From contig OZ223265.1 of assembly GCA_965140585.1 (NCBI GenBank), positions 320,001-384,000 on the forward strand: a stretch of 64,000 nt of DNA. The letters run 5' to 3'. Shown one piece after another: positions 17,658 to 27,740 of the stretch. The notes under the pieces are model-generated. The model had not been told where the DNA came from and did no database searches. It saw nothing but the letters and a program-made list of their open reading frames with translations. Source of the stretch: Spirochaetia bacterium. GTDB lineage: Bacteria; Spirochaetota; Spirochaetia; UBA9216. Numbering within the stretch: position 1 is the stretch's first letter; each line of letters opens with the position of its first letter. A program made the translations under genes and the position numbers.

Positions 17658-19991
17658 TTGAGCGAACATCAGACTGATAACGGGATAGAAGAACAGGAAC
17701 GTCTTGAAATTCTCGAAGAAATTGACCGTGTTATTGCCGATAACCGTCTTACCTCCTCCGATGAATCAGGTTTAAAAAAGGCAAAGACAGGAGCTATTCT
17801 GCCTCTTATTATAAACATCCTTGCAATTTCCGCCGTTGCAGCAACGGTATATTTTTCAGGCAGGATGTTCGAGCAGAAAAAAGATAATCTGAACCAGCTT
17901 AACTCTACATATACCTCCGCTGAAGGAAAACTGCTTGAGGAACTAAAAAAGGAATCTGAACAGAAACTTTCCGAAAAAGACAGCCAGATAAATCAGATTC
18001 AGTCCGAACTTTCTGAACTCGACAGGCAGAGCCGTGAACTGGCAGATACCATGGAGCAGAGGATAGCCGACAGGGAGACTGAGCTTAGAACAGCACTTGA
18101 AGCAGAACTTGAACGTGAACGCCAGAGCATGAGAAGCGCCGGAAGGACTGAGGCTGATATAAGTACGGAACTTGAGCGAATTGAAGCTGCCCGAATGGCT
18201 GAATACCAGGCAGAAATAGAATCATTCCGTGAAGAAAATGAAAAGGCTCTTGAAGCACAGCGGGAGGAGCTTGATGCAGCAAGAAGGCAGAATGAGCAGC
18301 TTCTTGCCCGGGTCAATTCCGAGAAGGACCAGATAAGACAGGAAACTGCAGCCAGGGAAAACGAACTCACCGCCCAGTATGAAGCCGAAAAAAGCGCCTT
18401 AGCCGAGGAAGCCGCAGCTGCAGCGGCCAAAATTGAAGAGCTTACCCGGAACAGGGAAAGAGAATCTCTTATCATTGACCAGATAAACGGTTCATATGAA
18501 CAGATCTTCAACCTAATCAGAAACAGCAGTTACGAGCAGGCCATTTCGGCTATTCAGTCTCTAAATGACTATATAAATGACCCGACACTTTCAAATCTGG
18601 CAGCGGTTCAGAGAAGAAAAGCTAATGATATAGAAATCCTTAATGTGCTCAAACAGCGGATTGAGGAGCAGACCTATAAAACCAGTGTGGATAACAGAAG
18701 CCGCACAGAGACGGCGGAACTTCTGCTGTCGGCGCGTGAGCTGGCAAGACTGGGCGATGAGGCCCTCAGCGCCGGTGATTCTTCGGCTGCGGCTGATTAC
18801 TACAGCAGGGCTGTTGAAAAGCTGCCGTCAATCTCAACCGCGGTTAACAATCTGGAATCTATTACCAGGCAGAGAGAAGCTGAACGAATCAGCCCTGCAC
18901 TGACTCAGGCTGAAGCCCTTGAGAGCAGCGGCAGTCTGGAAAAGGCAGCTCAGCAGTATGTAAACGCAGCAGCAGGGGCGGAAACCGAAAATCCGGAGCT
19001 TCTGAACAGTGCTATCGAAGGGCTTATCAGAAGCTATGAGAAATCATTTTCAAGTCAGCTTGCAGCGAAGGATACTGCAATTAAAAACCTTGAAGCGGAA
19101 CGCAAGAGTGCCGTAGCTGAGATTCAGAAAACACTTGATGACACTATCAGCGGATATGAAACACGGATCACCGAGGCCGACAGCCGGATTACCGAGCTGA
19201 CAGAAGCAAGGAATGCGGAACTTCAGGAGCTTACCGCAGCCCGCGAAGCCCAGGTTGAAGAGTTAACCGCACAGCGGGATGCCGAAGTTAAACAGCTTAC
19301 TGCCGAACAGAATACCGAGATTGATCGCCTATCCAGGATGATAGGCGAAAGAGACCAGGAAAACCTTAGGCTGAACAGTCTTAATGTCGAAAGCGGTGAA
19401 AAGATAGCCGAACAGGAAGCTTCAATTGAAGAACTCAACCTGAAGCTTACAGAAGCTGCATCAGAGATGACTGCTCTCAATGAGTCTTTCGAAACAGAGA
19501 AAGACAATCTTGAACAGAAAGCTGTGGCGGCAGAAAAAAGCGGATATACTAGCGGATATGGCGACGGAAGAACCGAAGCCCTGGAGGATGTCCTGACGCT
19601 TACCGACCACCTTTCAGGTACAGCTTCAGCTTCATCAGCACAGAAGATAAACGAACTCAGTTCAAAGGAACTGCTTTTTGCCCAGGCAGTCAGGGAAATA
19701 TCAGCCCTTGCTTCCAGATCTGACGGTTCATCAACCGGACTCACCCGTGAAATACTCGTCGGCTCAGTATCCTGGGCATCAGGCAACAGACTTATAATTG
19801 AACGACTTTCCGATACAAGGATTGCAGACGGAGCGGAGATTATCATAAGGCGGAAGGAACGCGGCAAGAGCGAGTACCTAATCGGAACGGCAACGGTAGT
19901 ATCCTCTAATTCGGGAAGGATAGAAGCGGAACTGTCGGCAGACTCAGAGCAGTCGCCTCGTAGTCTGGACCTGGTTTATGTCAGGGAGTAG
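17658..19991 (+). CDS. Membrane-anchored long coiled-coil protein with C-terminal beta domain
   Basis: TTG start after AGGAGG; one TM at about aa 46-66; E/Q/R/A-rich coiled coil; 11-residue repeats; C-terminal beta-strand pattern. Confidence 0.8.
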   Translation: MSEHQTDNGIEEQERLEILEEIDRVIADNRLTSSDESGLKKAKTGAILPLIINILAISAVAATVYFSGRMFEQKKDNLNQLNSTYTSAEGKLLEELKKESEQKLSEKDSQINQIQSELSELDRQSRELADTMEQRIADRETELRTALEAELERERQSMRSAGRTEADISTELERIEAARMAEYQAEIESFREENEKALEAQREELDAARRQNEQLLARVNSEKDQIRQETAARENELTAQYEAEKSALAEEAAAAAAKIEELTRNRERESLIIDQINGSYEQIFNLIRNSSYEQAISAIQSLNDYINDPTLSNLAAVQRRKANDIEILNVLKQRIEEQTYKTSVDNRSRTETAELLLSARELARLGDEALSAGDSSAAADYYSRAVEKLPSISTAVNNLESITRQREAERISPALTQAEALESSGSLEKAAQQYVNAAAGAETENPELLNSAIEGLIRSYEKSFSSQLAAKDTAIKNLEAERKSAVAEIQKTLDDTISGYETRITEADSRITELTEARNAELQELTAAREAQVEELTAQRDAEVKQLTAEQNTEIDRLSRMIGERDQENLRLNSLNVESGEKIAEQEASIEELNLKLTEAASEMTALNESFETEKDNLEQKAVAAEKSGYTSGYGDGRTEALEDVLTLTDHLSGTASASSAQKINELSSKELLFAQAVREISALASRSDGSSTGLTREILVGSVSWASGNRLIIERLSDTRIADGAEIIIRRKERGKSEYLIGTATVVSSNSGRIEAELSADSEQSPRSLDLVYVRE
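19194..19325 (+). repeat. Four degenerate 33-bp (11-aa) repeats within the coiled-coil gene
   Basis: ELTEARNAELQ / ELTAAREAQVE / ELTAQRDAEVK / QLTAEQNTEID. Confidence 0.7.
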
Positions 19992-19993
19992 AT

Positions 19994-21199
19994 TCAGTAG
20001 GTATCGAACTCAGCAGCCGTTACGCTTATAAGACCGGTTGAGGCTCCATAGATTTCATTCAGCATCCAGCCTATAGTAGTTGCATTCATGTGCATATTAA
20101 CCCCTGCAGCAACTGCATCTGTATACGGAGTTATTGTGTAATATTCCATTGAGACAACAATCAGCTGGTATGTATCTCCGACCGACATTGTGGAATTTGG
20201 AACCGAGAGAACACCGGTGCTATTATAGATACTGTCATCTGCGGGATAATAAGAGCCATCTGTTTTATTCACTATATATGCAAACACTGAACCGGTCGAA
20301 GTAGTATCCGGAATTTCCCAATCAAATGTATGAATGATTGTGGAATCGACATCCGTTGATATAACTCCGGCTCCATCCATTCCTGTAAGAACCGGAATCT
20401 TATCTTCTGTGACCAGATTGTAATCATAAGTCAACCGGACAATATTACTCGAATTATCAACAGCCTTGACAGTATAAGATCCGTTAAAAGAATCAAAAGC
20501 CCTGCTGAATCCGTCCTGTATACTTATAAGGCTTTCTTCAACATCCGATCCGCCAAGAAACAAATCCTTCGGGTAATATTCATAATTACTCACTCTGACT
20601 GTGGAATCATCAGGAGATGTAATCTCAAGATAATTAAGCCCATTCAGAAAATTGGTTCCTGAGACCTCAAAGGCAGCGTACCCGAGTTTTGTATTACCAC
20701 GGTAGGACTTGAGTATTAGCGGACTTACTAACAACGAATCAACTGTAATTGCAACTGTTGAACTGCTGCCGTCACTTCCATCCGAATCCCACCAGTTTAC
20801 ATAGTAATTGTAGTCTGTACCGTTAAAACTGACATCAATTCTTCCTCCCGTCTGTTGATCTGAAACTATTTCAAAATCAACAGGTGAATCAAAAACTGTA
20901 TCAGCATCAGGCAGAATTGTTACATTAAGCTGCCATGTCCCTATATCCATATTTTCCACATCAAGGCTGCAGAAACCGCCCTCAATTGCTTCTGTGAATA
21001 TTACATCACCGCTGCCGTCCGGCGGAGTCAGGGTAAATTCTATTTCAGTTGCGGAATAATCGCCGTTAAACTCAAGTTCAAATCTGAAATAGCCTGTTTC
21101 TGCAGAAAAATTAAAAATACCGTAACTGCAAGAGAAAAGAAATAACATTAAAAAAAAGAATAAGGCTGTTATTCCAGAAAATCTAAGCATTCGCTTCAT
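19994..21199 (-). CDS. Acidic beta-rich lipoprotein (paralog of the upstream gene)
   Basis: Start MKRML at 21199, lipobox LFSC followed by YGIFNF; S/T/D/G/Y-rich. Confidence 0.78.
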   Translation of the reverse strand: MKRMLRFSGITALFFFLMLFLFSCSYGIFNFSAETGYFRFELEFNGDYSATEIEFTLTPPDGSGDVIFTEAIEGGFCSLDVENMDIGTWQLNVTILPDADTVFDSPVDFEIVSDQQTGGRIDVSFNGTDYNYYVNWWDSDGSDGSSSTVAITVDSLLVSPLILKSYRGNTKLGYAAFEVSGTNFLNGLNYLEITSPDDSTVRVSNYEYYPKDLFLGGSDVEESLISIQDGFSRAFDSFNGSYTVKAVDNSSNIVRLTYDYNLVTEDKIPVLTGMDGAGVISTDVDSTIIHTFDWEIPDTTSTGSVFAYIVNKTDGSYYPADDSIYNSTGVLSVPNSTMSVGDTYQLIVVSMEYYTITPYTDAVAAGVNMHMNATTIGWMLNEIYGASTGLISVTAAEFDTY

Positions 21200-21215
21200 A
21201 TCTTTTCCCGATACC

Positions 21216-22382
21216 CTAGTTGGAGTACACCGATATTCCGATGTAATGAATTGAGCTGCCGTAGTATGTATACAGCCATTCAGGAACAAGTCCAACGCTC
21301 ATATCAGTTGTTCCAGGTATATAAATTGCACTTAAATCACTAAGCGGAACTGTGTAATCGGTTGTAACCAAAACATAATCATAACTGGGAGATCCTATTC
21401 CCGGAAGAGCTATGCTCGAAACACCATCGGGATTTTCGACAATCGTGAGGCTTGAGCCCTGAACCATTGTTCCGGTTCCCTGAAGCACACAATATGCAAT
21501 ATATGAACCGACACCCGTGGCATCACCCGAATCATAACCGCTTGTGGTTATGGGGTTTGCCTCGCCATAGGATGATGTAAAAATCGCTGTTCCGTTATAG
21601 GGATCCAAATCAAAATAAAGATTGAAAGTCTGTTCAACTACATTTCCATAAACATCGATCAGCCTGATGTAATAATCTCCCTTTGAATAAAAACCCTTCC
21701 GGCTAATCGTCATATATGATGCATCAGTTGATATACTCAGCCCCGATATTGCACGCGAGGCATCGCCGGAACTGAAGCTGCTTCCATCAGGATATTGTAT
21801 GTATAAACCGGCAAGACCGCTTGTGAAGCCGTAGCCCTTAACCATAACTGAACAGGTAAAATTGATTGAATCTCTGGAGTCGTCTCCCGCAGCATGAATA
21901 CCAACCACTAAAACATCCATAGCGGAAATTCCGATTACGGGATCCTCAGTTCCATCACCTACATCGATGTCCGCCTCGATCCAGTAATTGGTACCATCGT
22001 AATTTAATATAAGATCAACATTTGCTGTTTCCGCCAGTTCCAGATCAAAGGAAAAGGGACCGTCAGAGTTCTGAAAGATCTGAGTTCCGCTTGAATCATA
22101 TACTGTTATTGTCAACTGCCAGCTGCCGGTATTTATACGTGATATGTAATCATCAATACTACCGTCATAATCATATTCCTTTCTGAGATAATCGCCGGAA
22201 TCCTGATTTTCCAGAATAAACACAACACTGCCTATATCAATCGAATATGTTGTGGATTTTTCAAAGGAGAGCGCGAGATTCCCTGTCTGGTCATTAAAAT
22301 TAAAAATTCCCTCATCACAGGAACTGAAGGTTAGTAATAGAAGAATTACTGCAGTAAAAGCAGTGATTTTTATTCTGGACAT
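21216..22382 (-). CDS. Acidic beta-rich lipoprotein
   Basis: Lipobox FSSC followed by DEGIFNF; GSWQLTITV motif shared with the neighbouring gene. Confidence 0.78.
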   Translation of the reverse strand: MSRIKITAFTAVILLLLTFSSCDEGIFNFNDQTGNLALSFEKSTTYSIDIGSVVFILENQDSGDYLRKEYDYDGSIDDYISRINTGSWQLTITVYDSSGTQIFQNSDGPFSFDLELAETANVDLILNYDGTNYWIEADIDVGDGTEDPVIGISAMDVLVVGIHAAGDDSRDSINFTCSVMVKGYGFTSGLAGLYIQYPDGSSFSSGDASRAISGLSISTDASYMTISRKGFYSKGDYYIRLIDVYGNVVEQTFNLYFDLDPYNGTAIFTSSYGEANPITTSGYDSGDATGVGSYIAYCVLQGTGTMVQGSSLTIVENPDGVSSIALPGIGSPSYDYVLVTTDYTVPLSDLSAIYIPGTTDMSVGLVPEWLYTYYGSSIHYIGISVYSN

Positions 22383-22394
22383 CGACAACTTCTC

Positions 22395-22775
22395 CTAGGG
22401 AATATCCACAGTAAATGTATATGATTCATCAAGAAATTTAAGGGCAGTATATTCACCGTTCTTTTCCGTGTAGACTGTAAAATCGAGCTGATAATCTCCT
22501 TCCGCCAGCCCTTCGAACAGCAGGAAATCTGATTCAGGCAGTTCGCCATAATATTCATAGCCAAGATAAGCTGATGAATAATCATTTTTATTGTATAGTG
22601 CATAAGAACAGGTCTGAGCTTCCCCCTCACAGACATATGTATAGTATATCTTTACAGTTGAACTGCTATAAGTATTTTCTACATTAAGATCCAGATAAGG
22701 AATGACATAACTGCTGCATGATAATATGAGAAATACCGCGGCCAGTACTTCAGCCGTCAATTTGAAGGTCCTCAT
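22395..22775 (-). CDS. Small Tyr-rich lipoprotein
   Basis: Lipobox ILSC; GLAEGDYQLDFTV Ig-like strand motif. Confidence 0.72.
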   Translation of the reverse strand: MRTFKLTAEVLAAVFLILSCSSYVIPYLDLNVENTYSSSTVKIYYTYVCEGEAQTCSYALYNKNDYSSAYLGYEYYGELPESDFLLFEGLAEGDYQLDFTVYTEKNGEYTALKFLDESYTFTVDIP

Positions 22776-22886
22776 AACGATAAGATATCACATCTTGGGG
22801 TTAAAATACCACTAAAAAACTTCTCAGGATAGAAATGTTGTTGAAAAAAGAAATCTCAGTCCTTAAAATGATTATAGAGGAAAATT

Positions 22887-24053
22887 ATGCCCGATATAAA
22901 AGACATTCTTGAAATTCTTCCAGATTATGAAAGTAAACTGAAGGAACTCAGCGAAACGGTGCTTGCCAATCTGGTGATGATTGGAGAGATTCCATCCCCC
23001 ACTTTTAACGAGGAAAAGCGGGTAAGGTTTCTCATTGAACGTTTTGCTGACAATCACATGCTCAACTGTTCTACAGACGAGAAAGGCAATGCTCTTGGAA
23101 TACTTCCCGGAGAACGGGGAGACCGCAACATACTTATTGTAGCCCACACAGACAGTATTTTTGACGAAAAGATTGATCATACAATTAGTGTTCAGCCTCA
23201 GTATATTACAGGCCCCGGAATAGGCGACAATGCCCTTGGTGTAGCAGCAATTGCCAGCCTTCCCACAATACTGGAACACCTGGACATTAAGCTGCGGTCC
23301 AACCTGGTGCTTATGGGATCTTCCCGGAGCCTCGGCCGCGGCGATATCGAGGGGCTAAGCTTCTTTCTTGACAATTCAAACATTCCCATCCACGCAGGAT
23401 TATGTGTAGAGGGAGTAAAACTCGGGAGACTGAGCTACAGTTCAATAGGAATGATAAGATGTGAACTGAAATGCGAGGTTCCGGAGCAGTATGACTGGAC
23501 CCGCTTTGGCGCGGTCGGTTCAATAGTAACCATAAACGAGGTTATCAACCGGATTCTTGAGATACCGCTGCCTAAACGCCCCAGGTGCAACATTGCTTTC
23601 GGTTCAATCGAAGGCGGAAAATCATTCAATGCCCTGGCCTCAAAGGCTATTCTGCGTTTTGAGATTCGCAGTGAATCCGGCGATATGGTTTCCAAGGTTC
23701 TCCGATCTATTTCAAACATTGCATCCGAGGTTTCAAGTCATACCGGGGAAGAAATAGAACTTGATGTACTTGCCAGAAGACATCCGGGAGGAATTGATTT
23801 TTCACATCCTCTGGCTTCATCAGCAAGGCAGATAATGACACATCTAAAAATTAAACCGAGAATCTCGCCGAGTACATCTGAACTGGCAGCTTTTATTGCC
23901 CATGACATTCCGGCTCTTACAATCGGTCTTACAACAGGTGATTATCTGGACGGAATAAATGAAAGCATAGAGGTTGACCCCATCTATACGGGGCTTACCC
24001 AGCTGATAGGACTGATTCTTGCAATTGACCGGGGGTATTCCAGTGAATCTTGA
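22887..24053 (+). CDS. M20/M25/M40 peptidase-fold protein with a degenerate catalytic site
   Basis: IPSPTFNE, AHTDS, GPGIGDN, GGKSFN and a dimerization domain; the expected EE motif and C-terminal His are not evident. Confidence 0.8.
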   Translation: MPDIKDILEILPDYESKLKELSETVLANLVMIGEIPSPTFNEEKRVRFLIERFADNHMLNCSTDEKGNALGILPGERGDRNILIVAHTDSIFDEKIDHTISVQPQYITGPGIGDNALGVAAIASLPTILEHLDIKLRSNLVLMGSSRSLGRGDIEGLSFFLDNSNIPIHAGLCVEGVKLGRLSYSSIGMIRCELKCEVPEQYDWTRFGAVGSIVTINEVINRILEIPLPKRPRCNIAFGSIEGGKSFNALASKAILRFEIRSESGDMVSKVLRSISNIASEVSSHTGEEIELDVLARRHPGGIDFSHPLASSARQIMTHLKIKPRISPSTSELAAFIAHDIPALTIGLTTGDYLDGINESIEVDPIYTGLTQLIGLILAIDRGYSSES

Positions 24054-25044
24054 TAAATGGATTAAAAATAACACATTTCATCATTCAGATTTCGAGGATC
24101 TGAATGCGCTAGTAAAAGAAAAGGAAAAAAAGAACCTTAAAATATCCCTTTGTATTCCCACTTTAAATGAGGAGAAGACAATCGGTAAGGAAGTCGTCAT
24201 ATTCAAATCAGAGCTGATGACAAGGATTCCGCTGCTTGATGAGATAGCCATTATTGACTCAGGTTCAGAAGATCGAACCCTTGAGATTGCAAGCTCCTTC
24301 GGCGCAGACACCTACCTTGCTTCGGATATTCTGCCCGGCATTGAACCCAGACGCGGTAAGGGCGAGAACTTATGGAAAGCGATATACCAGTTGAAAGGTG
24401 ACATTATCGTCTATATTGATGCTGATATCAAAAACATTCACCCCAGATTTGTCTACGGCCTTGTTGCGCCGCTTATTTTCAACGATGAAATTCAATACGT
24501 AAAGGCCTTCTATGACAGGCCGCTGGCTTTTTCTGAGGGTATAAGGCCATCAGGAGGCGGCAGGGTAACAGAGATTCTTGTACGCCCGCTTTTTTCACTT
24601 TATTTCCCTGAGCTTTCAGGCGTTATACAGCCTCTTTCCGGCGAATATGCTGTAAGACGTGAAGTTCTTGAAGCAATCCCCTTCCCTATCGGCTACGGTG
24701 TTGAAACCTCACACCTTATTGATGTTTACTTAAAATGGGGGCTTAAGGCTTTTGCACAGACTGATCTGGATCAGAGGGTTCACCGGAATCAGGCCACCAG
24801 AGACTTAGGAAAGATGGCTTTCGGTATTCTGCAGGCCTTCCTGAAAAGGCTGCATATGAAGGGTTTGGTAAATGATATTCCGGAACACAATATTCTAAGA
24901 CAGTTCATCGCGCATGACAGTGTTTTTGAGGCAATTGAGCACCGGATTATAGAATTCGAAAGGCCTCCAATGATAGAAATACCTGAATACCTTGAACGAC
25001 GGAAAGAGCTTCAGAATGAGATTGAGCAACCGGGAAAGAAATGA
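24043..25044 (+). CDS. gpgS: Glucosyl-3-phosphoglycerate synthase (GT81)
   Basis: PTLNEEKTIG, DSGSED, GKGENLW, DADI, GGGRVTE, QPLSGEYA, GYGVE, RVHRNQ. GTG start overlaps the upstream stop. Confidence 0.9.
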   Translation: MNLDKWIKNNTFHHSDFEDLNALVKEKEKKNLKISLCIPTLNEEKTIGKEVVIFKSELMTRIPLLDEIAIIDSGSEDRTLEIASSFGADTYLASDILPGIEPRRGKGENLWKAIYQLKGDIIVYIDADIKNIHPRFVYGLVAPLIFNDEIQYVKAFYDRPLAFSEGIRPSGGGRVTEILVRPLFSLYFPELSGVIQPLSGEYAVRREVLEAIPFPIGYGVETSHLIDVYLKWGLKAFAQTDLDQRVHRNQATRDLGKMAFGILQAFLKRLHMKGLVNDIPEHNILRQFIAHDSVFEAIEHRIIEFERPPMIEIPEYLERRKELQNEIEQPGKK

Positions 25045-25916
25045 AGCGGTTTTCCAATAAACGCTGATAGTTCAGAATAATGATTTATACGGCTGCTGTC
25101 GGAAGGGTTAATCTCCGATACGCAGCCTTTTTTAATTGAAAACCTGTAGTTTTCGGCTGAATCCCCGGCCTCTGCTGTATAAAGAAATGAAAACTCGGGT
25201 GTGTTTCCATATATCCATTCAGGGCTTATCATCCGTTTATAAAACCCATCTTTAACAGCTCCAGCCCCGTCAGCAGTTGCTGTATCAGCACTGCCGTATT
25301 CCGATTCAAATGAATCAGAGAGGGCTGTTTTCAATACATCAACAGTTAGATTCGGATTGTAACGGCTAAGATTAACAACACTTGAGCGGACAGAGCGAAT
25401 GCCCTTTGATTCTATACCTTCAAGCGAAGGGCCTGAAAGCGATGCCTTTAACGGATGAAGATCTGAAGAAACCAGCAGGGTTCCGTGATGAAGAACACGT
25501 CCGCTGCTTATCCTAAAGGCGCTTCCTGATACCTTTTTACCTTCGACAACAACATCATGACGCTCATTAATCTCTGCGCTGACACCCAGAGCTCCAAGGG
25601 CTTTGACTACTGTTCTTAAGTTTCTTTCCCTATCGTATAGCTCCTTCCCGCAGATAAAACTGAAATTGAGGTTGCCTTCATCATGATAGACAGCTCCGCC
25701 TCCGCTTTGCCGCCTTGCAAGACTGATACCGGAATCATTCATTGACTCAAAACTGCATTCAAGCCATGGATTCTGGTAACGGCCGATGATCACAGAGGGA
25801 TTGTTTACCCAGAGTAACAGCGTATGTCCGCTTCCGGATGCATCCGTAAAGAGAGAATTTTCTATTGTAAGATTTATGTAAGTATCTCTATTCTGTGATA
25901 TAACAAGCCTGTTCAA
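25011..25916 (-). CDS. lplA: Lipoate-protein ligase A
   Basis: IGRYQNPWLE, RRQSGGGAVYHDEGNLNFS, KKVSGSA, HHGTLL, KGIRSVRS. Confidence 0.92.
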   Translation of the reverse strand: MNRLVISQNRDTYINLTIENSLFTDASGSGHTLLLWVNNPSVIIGRYQNPWLECSFESMNDSGISLARRQSGGGAVYHDEGNLNFSFICGKELYDRERNLRTVVKALGALGVSAEINERHDVVVEGKKVSGSAFRISSGRVLHHGTLLVSSDLHPLKASLSGPSLEGIESKGIRSVRSSVVNLSRYNPNLTVDVLKTALSDSFESEYGSADTATADGAGAVKDGFYKRMISPEWIYGNTPEFSFLYTAEAGDSAENYRFSIKKGCVSEINPSDSSRINHYSELSAFIGKPLHFFPGCSISF

Positions 25917-26034
25917 GCTAAATTTCCTCCTGAATGAGCATATAATGGGATTAATCTACGAATCACCCCTATGGGTGATTCAATCATACCATAAAACTAT
26001 AGCTAATTTGTAAAATCAGCTTTATATTAATATT

Positions 26035-27639
26035 ATGAAAAGCCTTTATAATTACAGCATCGGCGAGGTATGGGACTTTGCAGCTTCAAGCTATTCCGAC
26101 CTTCCGTTCACAGCGTCACTTAACGGACGAAACTTCACATATAAAAAAGCAAATTCAGTAATAGACAATCTCATCAGTCACCTGGAGTTAACCGGAATTG
26201 AAACCGGCAGCAGAATAGCTCTTTTGAGTGAAAACAGGTCCGAATGGGGATTATGCTGGCTTGCAGCAGTTACGTCCTCCAGGATTGCCGTTCCTATTAT
26301 GACTGATTTTGCTGCTGAACAGATTCAGAATATACTTGAGCATTCCGATGCATCATTTATATTCATCTCTGAGAAGATGCTTCCCAAAATCAGGGATACA
26401 AAACTTTTCAGTGAAAGGAAATTCCTGCTTATAGATGAGGCTGAACTCTTTGATAAGCCTGATACTGCGCTTTCTATCTCAGAATACAGCCCTGCATCAG
26501 AAGATACTGCAGCTATAATATACACATCAGGCACAACAGGAACATCCAAGGGAGTTATGCTCTCTCATAAGAATATTGTTGTAAATGCCTGTGATTCAAC
26601 ACTTGTCGGCGGAATGGAGGCAGGAGATGCGCTTCTGTCGGTTCTTCCTCTTGCACACATGTACGAGTTCACTCAGGGTTTCATGCTTCCTATTCTTGAA
26701 GGGGCTAACATAACCTATCTTGGAATGAAACCCTCTCCCAGACTGATGCTTGACGCAATAGCGAAGACTAAACCTCATTTTATTCTTAGTGTTCCCCTGC
26801 TGATAGAAAAAATATACCGAAGCTCTGTACTTAAAAATATCAACAGCAGTAAAGTACTGAAAACTGTCTACAAAATTTTACCGGTTAGAAAACTGCTTAA
26901 CCGCTTTGTAATCGGAAAAAAACTAATGAAAACCTTCGGAGGCAGACTCAAATTCTTCGGAATCGGAGGAGCTCCGCTTTCTGAAGATGTTGAAAGATTC
27001 CTGAGGGAAGCAAAATTCCCCTACGCTGTAGGATACGGACTTACCGAGACAGCTCCCTGCCTTGCAGGCTCTCCACCGAATAAATCAGTCTTCAGAGGCC
27101 CGGGACAGCCGTTTAAAAGTGTTGAACTTAGAATATTAGATGGTGAGATCCAGGTTAAAAGCGACTGTGTAATGCAGGGCTATTACCTTGATGAAGAAAG
27201 AACTGCAGAAGTCTTTACTGAAGACGGCTGGTTCAGAACCGGGGATATCGGTGAACTTGATGCTGCAGGCAACCTTTATGTTAAGGGTCGTATAAAAAAT
27301 GTCATTCTCGGCCCGGCAGGTGAAAACATCTATCCTGAAGAAATTGAAAACATCCTCAAAACAGATCCTGTTGTTGCTGAATGCCTTGTTCTTGGCAAGG
27401 GGTCCGAGCTTGTTGCCAGGGTAATGCTGGATGAAGAAAAGCTGAAGCAGTATTTTGAAGAGCTTAAGCACAACATCAGTCATTTTCCGCAATGGAAGGA
27501 AGAATTCCTCGAGAATATGCGTAAAAAGATGAATACAAGTCTGAGCTCTTTCTCAAAGATAAGCAGAATAATTGAGCAGGAAGTGCCCTTCGAACTAACT
27601 CCTTCTTTAAAAATAAGAAGATTTCTTTACCAGAACTGA
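26035..27639 (+). CDS. Long-chain acyl-CoA synthetase (AMP-binding protein)
   Basis: YTSGTTGTSKG, GYGLTET, GWFRTGD, GENIYPEEIE, final LKIRR lysine. Confidence 0.9.
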   Translation: MKSLYNYSIGEVWDFAASSYSDLPFTASLNGRNFTYKKANSVIDNLISHLELTGIETGSRIALLSENRSEWGLCWLAAVTSSRIAVPIMTDFAAEQIQNILEHSDASFIFISEKMLPKIRDTKLFSERKFLLIDEAELFDKPDTALSISEYSPASEDTAAIIYTSGTTGTSKGVMLSHKNIVVNACDSTLVGGMEAGDALLSVLPLAHMYEFTQGFMLPILEGANITYLGMKPSPRLMLDAIAKTKPHFILSVPLLIEKIYRSSVLKNINSSKVLKTVYKILPVRKLLNRFVIGKKLMKTFGGRLKFFGIGGAPLSEDVERFLREAKFPYAVGYGLTETAPCLAGSPPNKSVFRGPGQPFKSVELRILDGEIQVKSDCVMQGYYLDEERTAEVFTEDGWFRTGDIGELDAAGNLYVKGRIKNVILGPAGENIYPEEIENILKTDPVVAECLVLGKGSELVARVMLDEEKLKQYFEELKHNISHFPQWKEEFLENMRKKMNTSLSSFSKISRIIEQEVPFELTPSLKIRRFLYQN

Positions 27640-27673
27640 TGCAGATATAAACCGCATTAGAAACTGATTAATC

Positions 27674-27709
27674 AAAAAAAAAGGCTGTTCAAACTGAACA
27701 GCCTTTTTT
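27674..27709. terminator. Bidirectional intrinsic terminator
   Basis: A9-GGCTGTTCA-AAC-TGAACAGCC-T6 between convergent genes. Confidence 0.88.
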
Positions 27710-27740
27710 CATATACGCAGCTTTCTAAAAGCCGCGTCAT

